64,000 nt of DNA from Pseudomonadota bacterium (GTDB lineage Bacteria; Pseudomonadota; Alphaproteobacteria; Paracaedibacterales; CAIOTO01). The notes beneath the pieces are model-generated. The model had not been told where the DNA came from and searched no databases. It was given only the letters and a program-made list of their open reading frames with translations. The stretch is from assembly GCA_040387495.1 (NCBI GenBank), contig JAZKDQ010000018.1, forward strand, positions 1-64,000. The letters are read 5' to 3'. Positions within the stretch are counted from its first letter, which is position 1. The number at the start of each line of letters is the position of its first letter. The translations under genes and the position numbers were made by a program. Positions 1 through 9,079 of the stretch are shown piece by piece.

Positions 1-61
1 AAAATATAAAATATAAAATATAAAATATAAAATATAAAATATAAAATATAAAATATAAAAT
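1..61. repeat. Heptamer tandem repeat (AAAATAT)n, at least 8 copies, cut by the window edge
   Basis: Eight perfect AAAATAT units at 1-56 plus a partial unit, read directly. Confidence 0.95.
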
Positions 62-103
62 AATATTTAAATTCACAGTTTTTATCAATAAAAGGAGATT
101 TTT

Positions 104-1333
104 ATGGACATCGTAGATAAGCAAAAATCATTATCCCTTACCAATTTTTTATTAAATAAAAACTATTGGTCCTTTCATAAAATAGTAGCAAATTTACAAA
201 AAATAAATAAAGGTCACCTTACTTTGATATTGCCCGATAAGAGTCAGATTGCATTTGTGGGAAGGGAAAACGAGAATCAGAGCGCTGTTTTGGAAATAAA
301 GAAGTGGTCAGTCTTTTATAGTATTTTACTTCGAGGAGAAATTGGATTTGCAGAAGCCTACATGAGAGGGGAATGGTCGTCTCCAGATCTGGTCGAATTA
401 TTTAAAATGCTCATTAACAACCAAGAATCTCTGAAAATAAGTCAACGTCCATTATTTATATTAAATTGGCTTATCAAAATCCAAGACTGGTTGTTAAAAA
501 ATACGCCAAAACAAAGCCTCAATAATATAAAAAAACACTATGATCTTGGAAATGACTTTTACCAATTATGGTTGGATTCATCAATGAATTATAGTTGTGC
601 ATTGTTCCAAGGAAAGAATGCCACACTCGAAGAAGCCCAAAGAGCTAAATATAACCGTATTTTGGATCGCTTGAATCCTAAGAGAGGAGAGAGAATTCTA
701 GATATTGGTTGTGGTTGGGGAGGGTTTGCAGAAGCTGCATCTGCTAGAGGTTGTGAAATAAAAGGGGTTACACTATCAGATGAGCAGCTCATTTATGCAA
801 AGAAAAGAGCTGAAAAATTCTCTATCAAATCTACTTTTGAAAATCAGGATTATCGAGACCTAACAGGGCAGTACAATTATATTGTTTCAATAGGTATGTT
901 TGAACACGTAGGCAGGGAGTATTGGTCTCAGTATTTTAAGAAAATATATGAACTTCTCAAGCCAGGTGGAAAAGCTATGATTCAATCCATTGTCTATACC
1001 GCAAAAGATTATTCTGACTATATAAAGAGCACAAGTTTTATACGATTGTATATTTTTCCAGGTGGTTTTCTGCCAACCCCGGAGTCTATTGAAAATAGTG
1101 CTATTCAATCCGGACTTATCGTTACTAATAAATTTGATTTTGGATTAGATTATGCTAAAACACTATCATTATGGAAAGACCGGTTTTTAAAGGCAGAGTC
1201 AGAAATTTACAAGTTAGGGTTTGATGATAAATTTAAGCGATTATGGCTTTATTATTTATGTTTATCAGAAGCTTCTTTTTTAACCCATGAAATAAGCGTT
1301 ATGCAAGTAGCATTAATAAAACCAGATTCATAG
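104..1333 (+). CDS. cfa: Cyclopropane-fatty-acyl-phospholipid synthase family SAM methyltransferase
   Basis: HYDLGNDFY, YSCA, LDIGCGWGG, SIGMFEHVG and YIFPGG motifs; AGGAG RBS. Confidence 0.9.
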   Translation: MDIVDKQKSLSLTNFLLNKNYWSFHKIVANLQKINKGHLTLILPDKSQIAFVGRENENQSAVLEIKKWSVFYSILLRGEIGFAEAYMRGEWSSPDLVELFKMLINNQESLKISQRPLFILNWLIKIQDWLLKNTPKQSLNNIKKHYDLGNDFYQLWLDSSMNYSCALFQGKNATLEEAQRAKYNRILDRLNPKRGERILDIGCGWGGFAEAASARGCEIKGVTLSDEQLIYAKKRAEKFSIKSTFENQDYRDLTGQYNYIVSIGMFEHVGREYWSQYFKKIYELLKPGGKAMIQSIVYTAKDYSDYIKSTSFIRLYIFPGGFLPTPESIENSAIQSGLIVTNKFDFGLDYAKTLSLWKDRFLKAESEIYKLGFDDKFKRLWLYYLCLSEASFLTHEISVMQVALIKPDS

Positions 1334-1406
1334 AAAGATTGAGTGCGATAATAATAAATAAATAGAGCTAAAAAAGTAATTTAAGTACGCTTCGAATATA
1401 ATTTTA

Positions 1407-1829
1407 TTACCTGAAAGATATAAAAAGTGAGTTATTTGAATTTATCAATTTCATTTTTGTTTTCTCAATTTCAAGTGCATAATATTCATCTTCTTCTATA
1501 CCTTTGATATTATTTGGACGAATAAAAATAACCTTTTGAAAATAACCTTTTGATAGATCAATTCTTATATTTTTATTCGTGGTGGTTGCTCCGCTTATCC
1601 AGCGCACATGCATCTTGTTAATAACCAAATAACCCTTTTTAATATCAACAATGCTTAGTGGGTATGCTAAATATAATGGAGTCGTCCCCATATTCTGGTT
1701 TTCTTGGTATAGTGTTGCCTCACTTGGAACTGAATAGCACTTTAGATGTAATGTTGTTTCATGAGTATTGCATCCAACGAGAGAAAATAATATTGGAATT
1801 AAAATAGTGCTTATTTTAATGATTTTCAT
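1407..1829 (-). CDS. Putative lipoprotein with PEGA-like segment
   Basis: MKIIKIS...SLVGC lipobox; SVPSEATLY...MGTTPL resembles PEGA. Confidence 0.55.
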   Translation of the reverse strand: MKIIKISTILIPILFSLVGCNTHETTLHLKCYSVPSEATLYQENQNMGTTPLYLAYPLSIVDIKKGYLVINKMHVRWISGATTTNKNIRIDLSKGYFQKVIFIRPNNIKGIEEDEYYALEIEKTKMKLINSNNSLFISFR

Positions 1830-1930
1830 CTTATTTCTCAAAAAAAGTCAATAATCAATTTAGATTTATTGCTATCAAATTATCTGCAGATAATTTGATT
1901 CTCTGTGTTTTTACACGTGGTATATGTTTT

Positions 1931-2137
1931 TTAATTATTATTTTTGCAAAAGTAACTGAGGGTGAAAAATATGGCAGAAAGGCCAATTAATATATAAACA
2001 ATGCGACTTAATATGGAGCCCGCACCCAACATATACGTTACTAGATTAAAATCAAGTATTCCAACAAGCCCCCAATTAAAGGCCCCTAAAATGGAAAGAA
2101 ATAAACAAATTTTTTTATAAATTCTAGAATTATTCAT
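1931..2137 (-). CDS. DUF378 family small membrane protein
   Basis: ILGAFNWGLVGILDFNLV...SRIVYILIGLSA motif; start moved to the ATG following a GGAGA RBS. Confidence 0.85.
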   Translation of the reverse strand: MNNSRIYKKICLFLSILGAFNWGLVGILDFNLVTYMLGAGSILSRIVYILIGLSAIFFTLSYFCKNNN

Positions 2138-2380
2138 AATGACATTCTCCTTTGGAAAAGTTATTTTTAGTTTGAGATTTCTTGCTATTATTAATTTCAT
2201 AATAGTTTTTATTTTCTCATTTTAAAAGTTGAATAAAACAGGAAAATTCATAAATCGTGCTAATAAAGAATTATGCATTATTATTGAGAGTTGCCATGGT
2301 CACTGTAAAAAGAATTGCGTTGTTGGGTGAATTGTGAATTGAAAATCACGATGATTGTTGAAGTTATGTCTTGAATTTCT

Positions 2381-2422
2381 TTTGTACAATAGCGTTATAA
2401 ATTTGTACAATAGCGTTATAAA
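2381..2422. repeat. Perfect 21-bp tandem duplication TTTGTACAATAGCGTTATAAA x2
   Basis: Copies at 2381-2401 and 2402-2422. Confidence 0.9.
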
Positions 2423-2666
2423 GATGAGACGTATATCACAGTTCAATGCCATCTTGTAGTGACTAAATACGTAGATATTATGCACATATATAAAGTGTCA
2501 GAAGGGTCAACAAAAGTTTTCCTATATGCACTAATAAGCATTTCCTTTTTTAAAGTCACAGTTGGTTGAATTTTTCATGGAATCATACATTTTTTAATAA
2601 TTTAGTTGCAATTCCTTTGTTATATTTGGTACAAGCAACAATACATTCAAAAAGGAAGTGTGAGCT

Positions 2667-5204
2667 TTGTCTCGTAGCGTCGTCGTCGTTGAATCGCCTG
2701 CAAAAGCAAAAACTATCAATAAGTACTTGGGTGCTGATTATACGGTTTTGGCAAGCTATGGACATATTCGTGATTTGCCTTCCAAAAATGGTTCTGTTAA
2801 TCCAGATGATGACTTTTCTATGGTTTGGGAAATGGATGATCGTGCCAAGAAACATGTTGATGCAATAAAAAAAGCTTTAAAAGGCGCCGATACACTGTAC
2901 CTCGCAACCGACCCTGATAGAGAAGGAGAAGCTATTTCATGGCATGTGAATCAAGTGCTGAACGATGCAAATGCGTTAAAGAATACAGCAGTCCATCGTA
3001 TTGTTTTTCACGAAATTACTAAGAAAGCAGTTCAGGCTTCACTAGAACATCCTCGTCCTGTAAACGATGAGTTGGTAGAGGCTTATCTGGCACGCCGTGC
3101 GCTTGATTATCTTGTGGGGTTCACTCTGTCACCTGTTCTGTGGAGAAAGCTGCCTGGCGCGCGTTCAGCCGGACGTGTGCAATCAGTAGCGCTCCGCATT
3201 GTGGTGGACCGTGAAGAAGAAATTGAACGTTTTATTAGTCAAGAGTATTGGTCAGTCACAGGTGCGTTTGAGAAGAAAAAAGATGCATTTGAAGCACGTT
3301 TAACGTATGTGGGCGGCGAAAAGGTTGAAAAATTTACGATTACAACTGAGGCGCACGCACGTGCCGTTGTTGATCAGTTATCACCATTATCTTATGCCGT
3401 TAAATCAATCGAAAAGAAGCAAGTTAAGCGTAATCCTGCTGCACCATTTATTACGTCAACGCTTCAACAAGAAGCTTCCCGCAAGCTTGGATTTGGTGCA
3501 AGCCGTACAATGCAGGTTGCTCAACGTTTGTATGAAGGTGTTGATATTGGCGGTGAGACGCAAGGTTTAATTACCTACATGCGTACGGATAGTACAACCA
3601 TGTCAGGTGATGCGATTGCAGAAGCACGGGAATTTTTGAATAATAACTTCGGCAATAATTATGTCCCATCCTCACCTCGTGTGTACAAGGCAAAAGCAAA
3701 AAATGCACAAGAAGCTCATGAATGTATCCGCCCAACGCGTTTTTCACTGACACCGGATGAGGTCTCGTCTTATCTTGATGATCAACAACTTCGATTGTAT
3801 GACTTAATTTGGAAGCGCGCACTTGCCAGTCAAATGGAAACAGCTTTGTTTGACCAGGTAAGCGTCGATATCGCTGATCCAACGGCAAAGAATGTATTCC
3901 GTGCAACGGGCTCAACACAAGTATTCGATGGCTTTTTGCGTCTTTATCAAGAAGGTGTAGATGAACCGTCGGATGATGAAAATTCACGTACCTTACCAAA
4001 GTTTACTGAAAATCAACCGGTTGATCTAAGTGAGGTTGTTCCCAACCAACATTTCACCCAACCCCCACCACGTTTTTCAGAAGCGACACTTGTTAAAAAG
4101 CTCGAAGAACTTGGTATTGGTCGGCCATCTACCTATGCTTCTTTGATTCAAGTACTTCAAGATCGTCAGTATGTGCGTCTTGAAAAGCGTCAGTTCATTC
4201 CAGAAGATCGCGGTCGTATCGTAACATCCTTTTTGACGCATTACTTTCCAAAGTATGTCGAGTATGATTTTACGGCGCAGCTCGAAGAAGAACTTGATGA
4301 AATTTCAGCTGGCGCAAAATCGTGGAAATCGATTATGACCGCTTTCTGGGTGGATTTTAAAAAGAACGTTGAGGCGACAACACCGCTGACCATTTCAGAA
4401 GTGATTGATACGCTCGAAGCTGACTTAGCACATTTCTTATTCCATGGGACTTCTGAGGAAGATCGTGCATGCCCTGTTTGTAAAACAGGCAAGATGAATC
4501 TCAAGTTAAGTAAGTTTGGTGCGTTCGTTGGGTGTTCAAATTATCCTGAATGCCGTCATACGCGCCCACTTGTTGGATCAGAAGACCAAGCTGACGCTAT
4601 CGATGAAACACGTGAAATGGGGAACGACCCGCAGCATAATATTCCTATTTTGTTGAAACGTGGTCCTTATGGTTTTTATTTTGAATGGCAAGGTATAATC
4701 CCCAAGCCAGAACCTGTTGTAGATCCAGATGCCAAGCCAAAGCGAAAGGCCGCGGCAAAGCCAAAGAAAGAACCAAAAGCACCAAAGCCAAAGCGTGTAT
4801 CATTGCCCCCGACAGTTGCACCAGCAGATGCAACACTCGAGCTTGCATTGCAGCTTGCTGAATTACCTAAGTTAATTGGTGTTCATCCTGACGGCGGTCC
4901 AATAACAGTGGGATACGGCAAATTTGGCCCATATGTGAAATTTGGCGATATTTTTGCGTCGATTCCAAAGACAATGGATTTCTTGGTGGTAACAGTTGAT
5001 GAAGCAGTTGAGTTGATTGTGAAGAAGCTTGCGCGCCCTCCGCGTGCTGCTGCAAAAGGAAAAGCGTTTAAGATTACAAAGGTGAAAGCTGCTGATGGTG
5101 AAGATGGTGCTGCGGTTAAAAAAACTGTTATGAAAAAAGTACCAGTGAAAAAAACTGTAGTAAAAAAGGCCGCAGTTAAGAAAACAGTTGTGAAGAAGAC
5201 CTAA
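2667..5204 (+). CDS. topA: DNA topoisomerase I
   Basis: VVESPAKAKTI, ATDPDREGE, SAGRVQS, ITYMRTDS, GIGRPSTYA; one Zn ribbon; Lys-rich tail. Confidence 0.98.
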   Translation: MSRSVVVVESPAKAKTINKYLGADYTVLASYGHIRDLPSKNGSVNPDDDFSMVWEMDDRAKKHVDAIKKALKGADTLYLATDPDREGEAISWHVNQVLNDANALKNTAVHRIVFHEITKKAVQASLEHPRPVNDELVEAYLARRALDYLVGFTLSPVLWRKLPGARSAGRVQSVALRIVVDREEEIERFISQEYWSVTGAFEKKKDAFEARLTYVGGEKVEKFTITTEAHARAVVDQLSPLSYAVKSIEKKQVKRNPAAPFITSTLQQEASRKLGFGASRTMQVAQRLYEGVDIGGETQGLITYMRTDSTTMSGDAIAEAREFLNNNFGNNYVPSSPRVYKAKAKNAQEAHECIRPTRFSLTPDEVSSYLDDQQLRLYDLIWKRALASQMETALFDQVSVDIADPTAKNVFRATGSTQVFDGFLRLYQEGVDEPSDDENSRTLPKFTENQPVDLSEVVPNQHFTQPPPRFSEATLVKKLEELGIGRPSTYASLIQVLQDRQYVRLEKRQFIPEDRGRIVTSFLTHYFPKYVEYDFTAQLEEELDEISAGAKSWKSIMTAFWVDFKKNVEATTPLTISEVIDTLEADLAHFLFHGTSEEDRACPVCKTGKMNLKLSKFGAFVGCSNYPECRHTRPLVGSEDQADAIDETREMGNDPQHNIPILLKRGPYGFYFEWQGIIPKPEPVVDPDAKPKRKAAAKPKKEPKAPKPKRVSLPPTVAPADATLELALQLAELPKLIGVHPDGGPITVGYGKFGPYVKFGDIFASIPKTMDFLVVTVDEAVELIVKKLARPPRAAAKGKAFKITKVKAADGEDGAAVKKTVMKKVPVKKTVVKKAAVKKTVVKKT

Positions 5205-5229
5205 AGTTTAACACTGAGCTTGTTTAAAC

Positions 5230-5266
5230 AAAAAAGTGCCTAGAAAAATACGCAGGCACTTTTTTT
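5230..5266. terminator. Bidirectional intrinsic terminator
   Basis: AAAAAAGTGCCT-loop-AGGCACTTTTTTT between convergent genes. Confidence 0.8.
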
Positions 5267-5282
5267 GTTAACACTATTAGTA

Positions 5283-5701
5283 TTAGCGGTGACGAGAAAC
5301 AACGATTCTGCTGTCATCAAGTTCTGTAACATCCCAGATGAAATCTTCACCATCTGCATTTTTTGCTGGGACACTTGCCTCTTTGGACTCTCCCTTAACA
5401 GCCTCAAATAAACTATTATAAAGAGTAATATCACCTTCTTTTGTTACTTTGCCATTATATTTTGGATTTGAGTGAATACGTGTAATAGAACCATCAGCTT
5501 GCTTTAAAAGGTATAAAATTGCATCATCTAATGAAATAGAAAATATTGAGGCAATCGCGACATCACTTTTGTTTGGAGCTTCAATAGCCCCATCAGCTCT
5601 AATTTCTTGAACTTTCTTACGAACTTCATCAAAAAAGCGACCATCTGCATGAGCGGTTGATATTGCTGCTAATGAAGCGATAGCCAAAAGAATTTTTTCA
5701 T
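5283..5701 (-). CDS. Secreted hypothetical protein (paralog of 5941-6522), with a 1-nt frameshift just after the ATG
   Basis: The RBS-associated ATG at 5701 is 1 nt out of frame with the ORF starting at 5687; the C-terminal domain aligns with the neighbouring gene. Confidence 0.7.
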
Positions 5702-5940
5702 AAAATAATTCCTTTAAGTGTTGTGTAAAAAATATAAATAGCCGAGCACAAACTTCCTATGAATCAATTAAATCAATGATAATTTATTTAATCCATATGT
5801 CTTGAAATAAAAATGATTCAAAATTACATTCTGTATCATAAATGAAATATATTGATAAATAGTTAATGAATGAATGTATTTTTGTATAAAAAGGAACAAT
5901 ATATATAAATATTATTCCTTTTTGAAAAATGCTACCAATA

Positions 5941-6522
5941 TTACTTATGACGCACAACTACAAGGTGGGCAGGATCAATCGCCATTACATCAAATATGAA
6001 TGTTTCTGGTTGGCCATTAGATACAATCGAACTTTGAACAGTTGCTGTTCCAGTTGGACTCTGCTTTGCTTGATTCAGCATATTATTAAAGTTCTGAATT
6101 TCACCTGGATCCGTTACTATACCGTTGTTTCTTGAATTTGAGTGTAAGCGGAATATTTGACCATTTTGTGCAAATGTAAGACAGATCACCGCTTCATTCA
6201 AAGAAACTTTAAGAGCTATTGCAAATGCAGCCTCACCTTTAATATCTTGTGGAAGACTAGCAATTTGTGAAAGAGAATTTTTAACGTCTTGCGTTAAAGC
6301 ATTAGTGCCGCCTTGTGATGGCATTCCTTGCTGTGGGATACCTGGTTGTGGATAACCACCGCCGCCCATGCTGTTCATTCCTACACCCATTCCATAAGGA
6401 GCAGCTGATTGTGGCTGCTGACCATAGCCACTTGGCATCCCGTACCCATAAGCACCCATCGCACTTGCATTAACAGACGTCATAGCTAGAAAAACGGCGC
6501 CCATCATCAATATTTTCTTCAT
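5941..6522 (-). CDS. Secreted hypothetical protein with G/M/Q/P-rich linker and Cache/PAS-like C-terminal domain
   Basis: Sec signal MKKILMMGAVFLAMTSVNA; low-complexity segment; paralogous C-terminus. Confidence 0.75.
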   Translation of the reverse strand: MKKILMMGAVFLAMTSVNASAMGAYGYGMPSGYGQQPQSAAPYGMGVGMNSMGGGGYPQPGIPQQGMPSQGGTNALTQDVKNSLSQIASLPQDIKGEAAFAIALKVSLNEAVICLTFAQNGQIFRLHSNSRNNGIVTDPGEIQNFNNMLNQAKQSPTGTATVQSSIVSNGQPETFIFDVMAIDPAHLVVVRHK

Positions 6523-6699
6523 AATTAAAATCCCCTTTATTACTATGCGGATGCATTATCTAATGCAAAAATCCATAAAGAATTATTAGATTATCCGCGA
6601 TAAACACTTGTTAACAGAAAAGATAAGATCTTTCCCCTCTATCAACAAATATAAGAGAAATTAATTAATAATATGTTAATTAAAGAAAATTAAATAATT

Positions 6700-7890
6700 T
6701 TATACAATATAAGTTAAAACACGCCCAACCCAAAATAAAGAACCACTAGCAACCAGAGGGCTTTCAGTTTTTCCCATAATGTTAAACATATCATCCATTG
6801 TTGAAAGTAATGTTGACCTTATACCAAGCTCTGCTGATAAACGTAATAATTCAGATGCTGGTACACCCTCACCACCCTCAATTGGGAAATTTACAAAATA
6901 AAAGGCCTGTGCCACAGTTGCAAAATGTTTAAGCATAGCATTTGCATCTTTTCGTGCTTTGATATGAATAAAAAATGTCCAAGGACGTGCTTCTAATCGC
7001 TGCAAACTCATCGCCAAAGCTTTTGCACCAGCTTCATTATGGGCGCCATCAAGCCATAAATCTCCATGTGATAAAGCTAAACATTGCAGCCGTCCAGGCC
7101 ACTTTGTTTTCTTTAATGACGCGTTTATATCTCGACAATTGATTCCAGCTGACACAATCATTTGTACTGCTAGGCCAGCATTAATGTGTTGATGCTCTCC
7201 TGTTAGTCCCAAATAAGGACTTATTGTAGTTGAGGCGACAAAGAGGGACGCACCTTGTTCTTGTGCTGATCTTTCAATAACCGCATGTACAGAGGGGAAT
7301 AAATCAGATGCAACAATAATAGGAGTGCCGGCTTTAATAATACCAGCTTTTTCAAAAGCAATAGCTTCAACAGTTTCCCCAAGATCAGATTGGTGATCTA
7401 ATGAAATGGATGTGATTCCGCTAACCAGTGGTTGTTGAATAACATTCGTTGCATCAAGCCTACCGCCAACACCAACTTCTAATAATGTAAAATCAGCCGG
7501 AGTTTGGGCAAATAACATAAAGGCAAGGCAGGTTGTGACTTCAAATGTGGTGATAGGCGCACCATTGTTTATACGTAAAAGCTCTGTCAGAGCATCAGCC
7601 AATACTTCATTCGTAGCAGGTATGCCACACAATTCAATCCGTTCATTAAAGTGAACAAGGTGTGGAGATGTATAACGATGGATTGTATAACCATTATCCT
7701 GAAGTATTTGTTTGATGAATGCCAGAGTTGATCCTTTTCCATTTGTACCCGCCACATGAAACACAGGGGGAATACGTAAATGTGGATTGCCTAGTTTTTT
7801 TAATAACGTCAGGCAACGTTCAAGGCCAAGATCAACTTCTTTATAATGGAGTAAGCATGTTTCCTTAAGCAGATCGTGTAAGCAGGGCAT
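6700..7890 (-). CDS. folC: Folylpolyglutamate synthase/dihydrofolate synthase
   Basis: HVAGTNGKGST, YTSPHL, EVGVGGRLDATN, WPGRLQ, DGAHN; follows accD. Confidence 0.95.
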   Translation of the reverse strand: MPCLHDLLKETCLLHYKEVDLGLERCLTLLKKLGNPHLRIPPVFHVAGTNGKGSTLAFIKQILQDNGYTIHRYTSPHLVHFNERIELCGIPATNEVLADALTELLRINNGAPITTFEVTTCLAFMLFAQTPADFTLLEVGVGGRLDATNVIQQPLVSGITSISLDHQSDLGETVEAIAFEKAGIIKAGTPIIVASDLFPSVHAVIERSAQEQGASLFVASTTISPYLGLTGEHQHINAGLAVQMIVSAGINCRDINASLKKTKWPGRLQCLALSHGDLWLDGAHNEAGAKALAMSLQRLEARPWTFFIHIKARKDANAMLKHFATVAQAFYFVNFPIEGGEGVPASELLRLSAELGIRSTLLSTMDDMFNIMGKTESPLVASGSLFWVGRVLTYIV

Positions 7891-8749
7891 GAGTAGCAGC
7901 TCCACTTGGCATTACATGTGTCAGTAATTTGCCAATTGTCTTTTTCATTTCAGAACGATGAATAACCATATCGACCATGCCGTGTGCTAATAAATATTCA
8001 GCTGTTTGAAATCCTTCAGGTAGTTTTTGGCGAATTGTTTCTTCAATCACCCGTGCGCCAGCAAAGCCGATCAGGCAGCCAGGCTCGGCAATAGATACGT
8101 CACCTAGCATCGCAAAGGATGCCGTTACACCTCCCGTTGTGGGATCAGTGAGTAAAGTGATGTACGGCAGGCCGGCTTCTTTTACGCGCTGAACAGCTAT
8201 AATGGTGCGTGGCATCTGCATGAGCGATAAAATACCTTCTTGCATACGTGCACCGCCTGATGCCGAAATTGCAATTAAAGGAGAGTTTGTTTTTACGGCA
8301 TATTCAGATGCAGTCACGAGTGCTTCGCCTGCTGCAAGCCCCATAGAACCACCCATAAAGTTAAAATCAAAGGCCGCAATAACTGTTGGAATGCGACTGA
8401 TTTGACCGTATGCAACTATGACTGAATCTGTGCGATTTGTTTTTTGACGATATTCTTTCAACCGATCGGCATAACGCTTTGAATCTTTAAATTTTAAAGG
8501 ATCAGCAACCACTTTTGGAACATCAATTAATGTGTAACTTTGTTCATCAAAGAGCGATTCCATACGTTGAATAACATCAATCCGCATATGGTGCTGACAA
8601 TGATGGCAAACAAACAAATTATCTTGCAAATCTCGGTGAAACAACATGTGTTCGCAATTAGGGCATTTTGTCCACAAATTATCAGGGATATCATTGCGGT
8701 GAATCAATGCTTGGATTTTGGGTTTAACAAAATTTGTTAGCCAATTCAT
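7865..8749 (-). CDS. accD: Acetyl-CoA carboxylase carboxyltransferase beta subunit
   Basis: WTKCPNC Zn finger, FMGGSMG, SGGARMQEG, PTTGGVTASFA. Confidence 0.97.
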   Translation of the reverse strand: MNWLTNFVKPKIQALIHRNDIPDNLWTKCPNCEHMLFHRDLQDNLFVCHHCQHHMRIDVIQRMESLFDEQSYTLIDVPKVVADPLKFKDSKRYADRLKEYRQKTNRTDSVIVAYGQISRIPTVIAAFDFNFMGGSMGLAAGEALVTASEYAVKTNSPLIAISASGGARMQEGILSLMQMPRTIIAVQRVKEAGLPYITLLTDPTTGGVTASFAMLGDVSIAEPGCLIGFAGARVIEETIRQKLPEGFQTAEYLLAHGMVDMVIHRSEMKKTIGKLLTHVMPSGAATHALLTRSA

Positions 8750-8809
8750 ATTTTTTTCTCGTCGTTAAAAGGTGTGCACCCATTTTTGATGGTTTTGTGC
8801 GGACTCATT

Positions 8810-8885
8810 GTCACTACGAGGAAGCTAAGCTTCAGTGGTGATCCAGTCTGTTCTGGATGCCCGGGCTTTTCTGGCTCGCTATGAC
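8810..8885. repeat. Degenerate REP/RPE-like palindromic element (GTCA..CGAG...ATCCAG/CTGGAT...CTCGC.ATGAC)
   Basis: Terminal GTCA/TGAC inverted repeat and internal ATCCAG/CTGGAT; related copy at 55506-55580. Confidence 0.6.
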
Positions 8886-8971
8886 GGCGAAGGAATTATA
8901 AAAAAATGGTAGCGAGTGGATACGTATATCCAATCATATTTGATTTATACCCTAAAGCAGCCTACTTGTGC

Positions 8972-9002
8972 AAAAGAAAAAGGGACGAATTAACGTCCCC
9001 TT
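8972..9002 (-). terminator. Intrinsic terminator downstream of rpsA
   Basis: GGGACG-AATTAA-CGTCCC hairpin followed by a T-rich run on the minus strand. Confidence 0.7.
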
Positions 9003-9030
9003 ACTAATTACATCATAAACTTTCTTTCTT

Positions 9031-9065
9031 GTCAGCTTCGGCGTCGCAGGGAGCGCGAGGATGAC
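9031..9065 (-). repeat. Partial palindromic repeat element related to 27703-27761
   Basis: Reverse complement GTCATCCTCGCGCTCCCTGCGACGCCGAAGCT resembles GTCGTCCTCGTGCTCCCTCCTTCGCCAAAGCT. Confidence 0.6.
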
Positions 9066-9079
9066 AACAAGAGAAGATC

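Noticed and set aside
2423..2480. Peptide DETYITVQCHLVVTKY resembling IS6 (DETYI) or IS200 (HLV.VTKY) motifs
   Set aside because: Too short, ambiguous between two families, and no flanking support
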